Source: a bacterium | GTDB lineage: Bacteria; Acidobacteriota; Blastocatellia; HR10 | Direction: 5' to 3' | Assembly: GCA_041640655.1 (NCBI GenBank) | Contig: JBEPZV010000049.1 | Span: 1-17,390 of the forward strand | DNA: 17,390 nucleotides | In this document: one piece after another, positions 16,963 to 17,390 of the stretch | Layout of the letters: each line of letters begins with the position of its first letter | Position numbering within the stretch: the first letter of the stretch is position 1 | Made by a program: the position numbers and the translations under genes | Notes under the pieces: generated by a model | Told to the model about the DNA's origin: nothing | What the model saw: the letters and a program-made list of their open reading frames with translations, nothing else | The model's database searches: none

Positions 16963-17390
16963 ACGGCTACGTGCTCCTGCTGCTCATCTACTCCGGGGCG
17001 CTCATCCTCCTCGGTCTTCTCGCCTCGCGTTCGGTGCGCACGGCCGCCGATTTCTTCGTCGCGCGTCGAAGTCTGGGATCGGGCGTACTCCTGGCGACCC
17101 TCCTGGCGGCTAATATCGGGGCCGGATCCACGGTCGGAGCGGCTGGGCTCGGATACCGCTTCGGGCTCTCGGGATGGTGGTGGGTGGGATCAGCCGGATT
17201 AGGGAGCCTGATCCTGGCTTTCATCGTCGGCCCGAAGATCTGGGAGGTGGCCGCGCAACGGGGCCTCTACACCGTCGGTGATTATCTGGAATATCGCTAC
17301 GGTCGCAAGGTGCGCGGCACGATCGCCGTCATCCTCTGGATCGGAGCGCTCGCGATTCTGGCCGGACAGTGGATCGCCGTCGCGTGGATT
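16959..17390 (+). CDS. Sodium:solute symporter family protein (5' part; continues beyond window)
   Basis: Manual translation from ATG 16959 (ATGA overlap): MNGYVLLLLIYSG...ADFFVARRSLG...TLLAANIGAGSTVGAAGLGYRFGLSGWWW...LYTVGDYLEYRYG. Absent from the ORF track because no stop occurs in the window. Confidence 0.93.
   Translation, partial: MNGYVLLLLIYSGALILLGLLASRSVRTAADFFVARRSLGSGVLLATLLAANIGAGSTVGAAGLGYRFGLSGWWWVGSAGLGSLILAFIVGPKIWEVAAQRGLYTVGDYLEYRYGRKVRGTIAVILWIGALAILAGQWIAVAWI

Overview
GC-rich bacterial chromosomal window, most likely from an Acidobacterium (inferred from the acidobacterial-type VWA protein and gene style). No rRNA, tRNA, CRISPR array or mobile element was seen. The left end holds a large multidomain surface protein gene on the minus strand (CSLREA, beta-helix repeats, choice-of-anchor Q, InlB-B-like, DUF11, FG-GAP) that runs off the window and carries a +1 frameshift near 2184. 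It lies downstream of a small secreted 11-mer-repeat protein with a near-consensus promoter. Next come a VWA protein, phoD, a 70-aa putative zinc-finger protein, lepB, a membrane protein, carA, a degenerate Crp/Fnr-like gene coupled to a lipoprotein, purE-purK and a SAM methyltransferase. The right end is an apparent operon: class I fumarase, macrodomain protein, M20 (ArgE/DapE-like) protein with eroded catalytic residues, DmpA/NylC-type (S58/P1) hydrolase with a possible Tat signal, and a sodium:solute symporter (partial). The best candidates for something undescribed are the M20 pseudoenzyme/S58 hydrolase/symporter module, the small Zn-finger protein, the 11-mer-repeat protein and the degenerate Crp-lipoprotein pair with a palindromic divergent promoter. 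All calls come from motif reading by eye; no searches were run.
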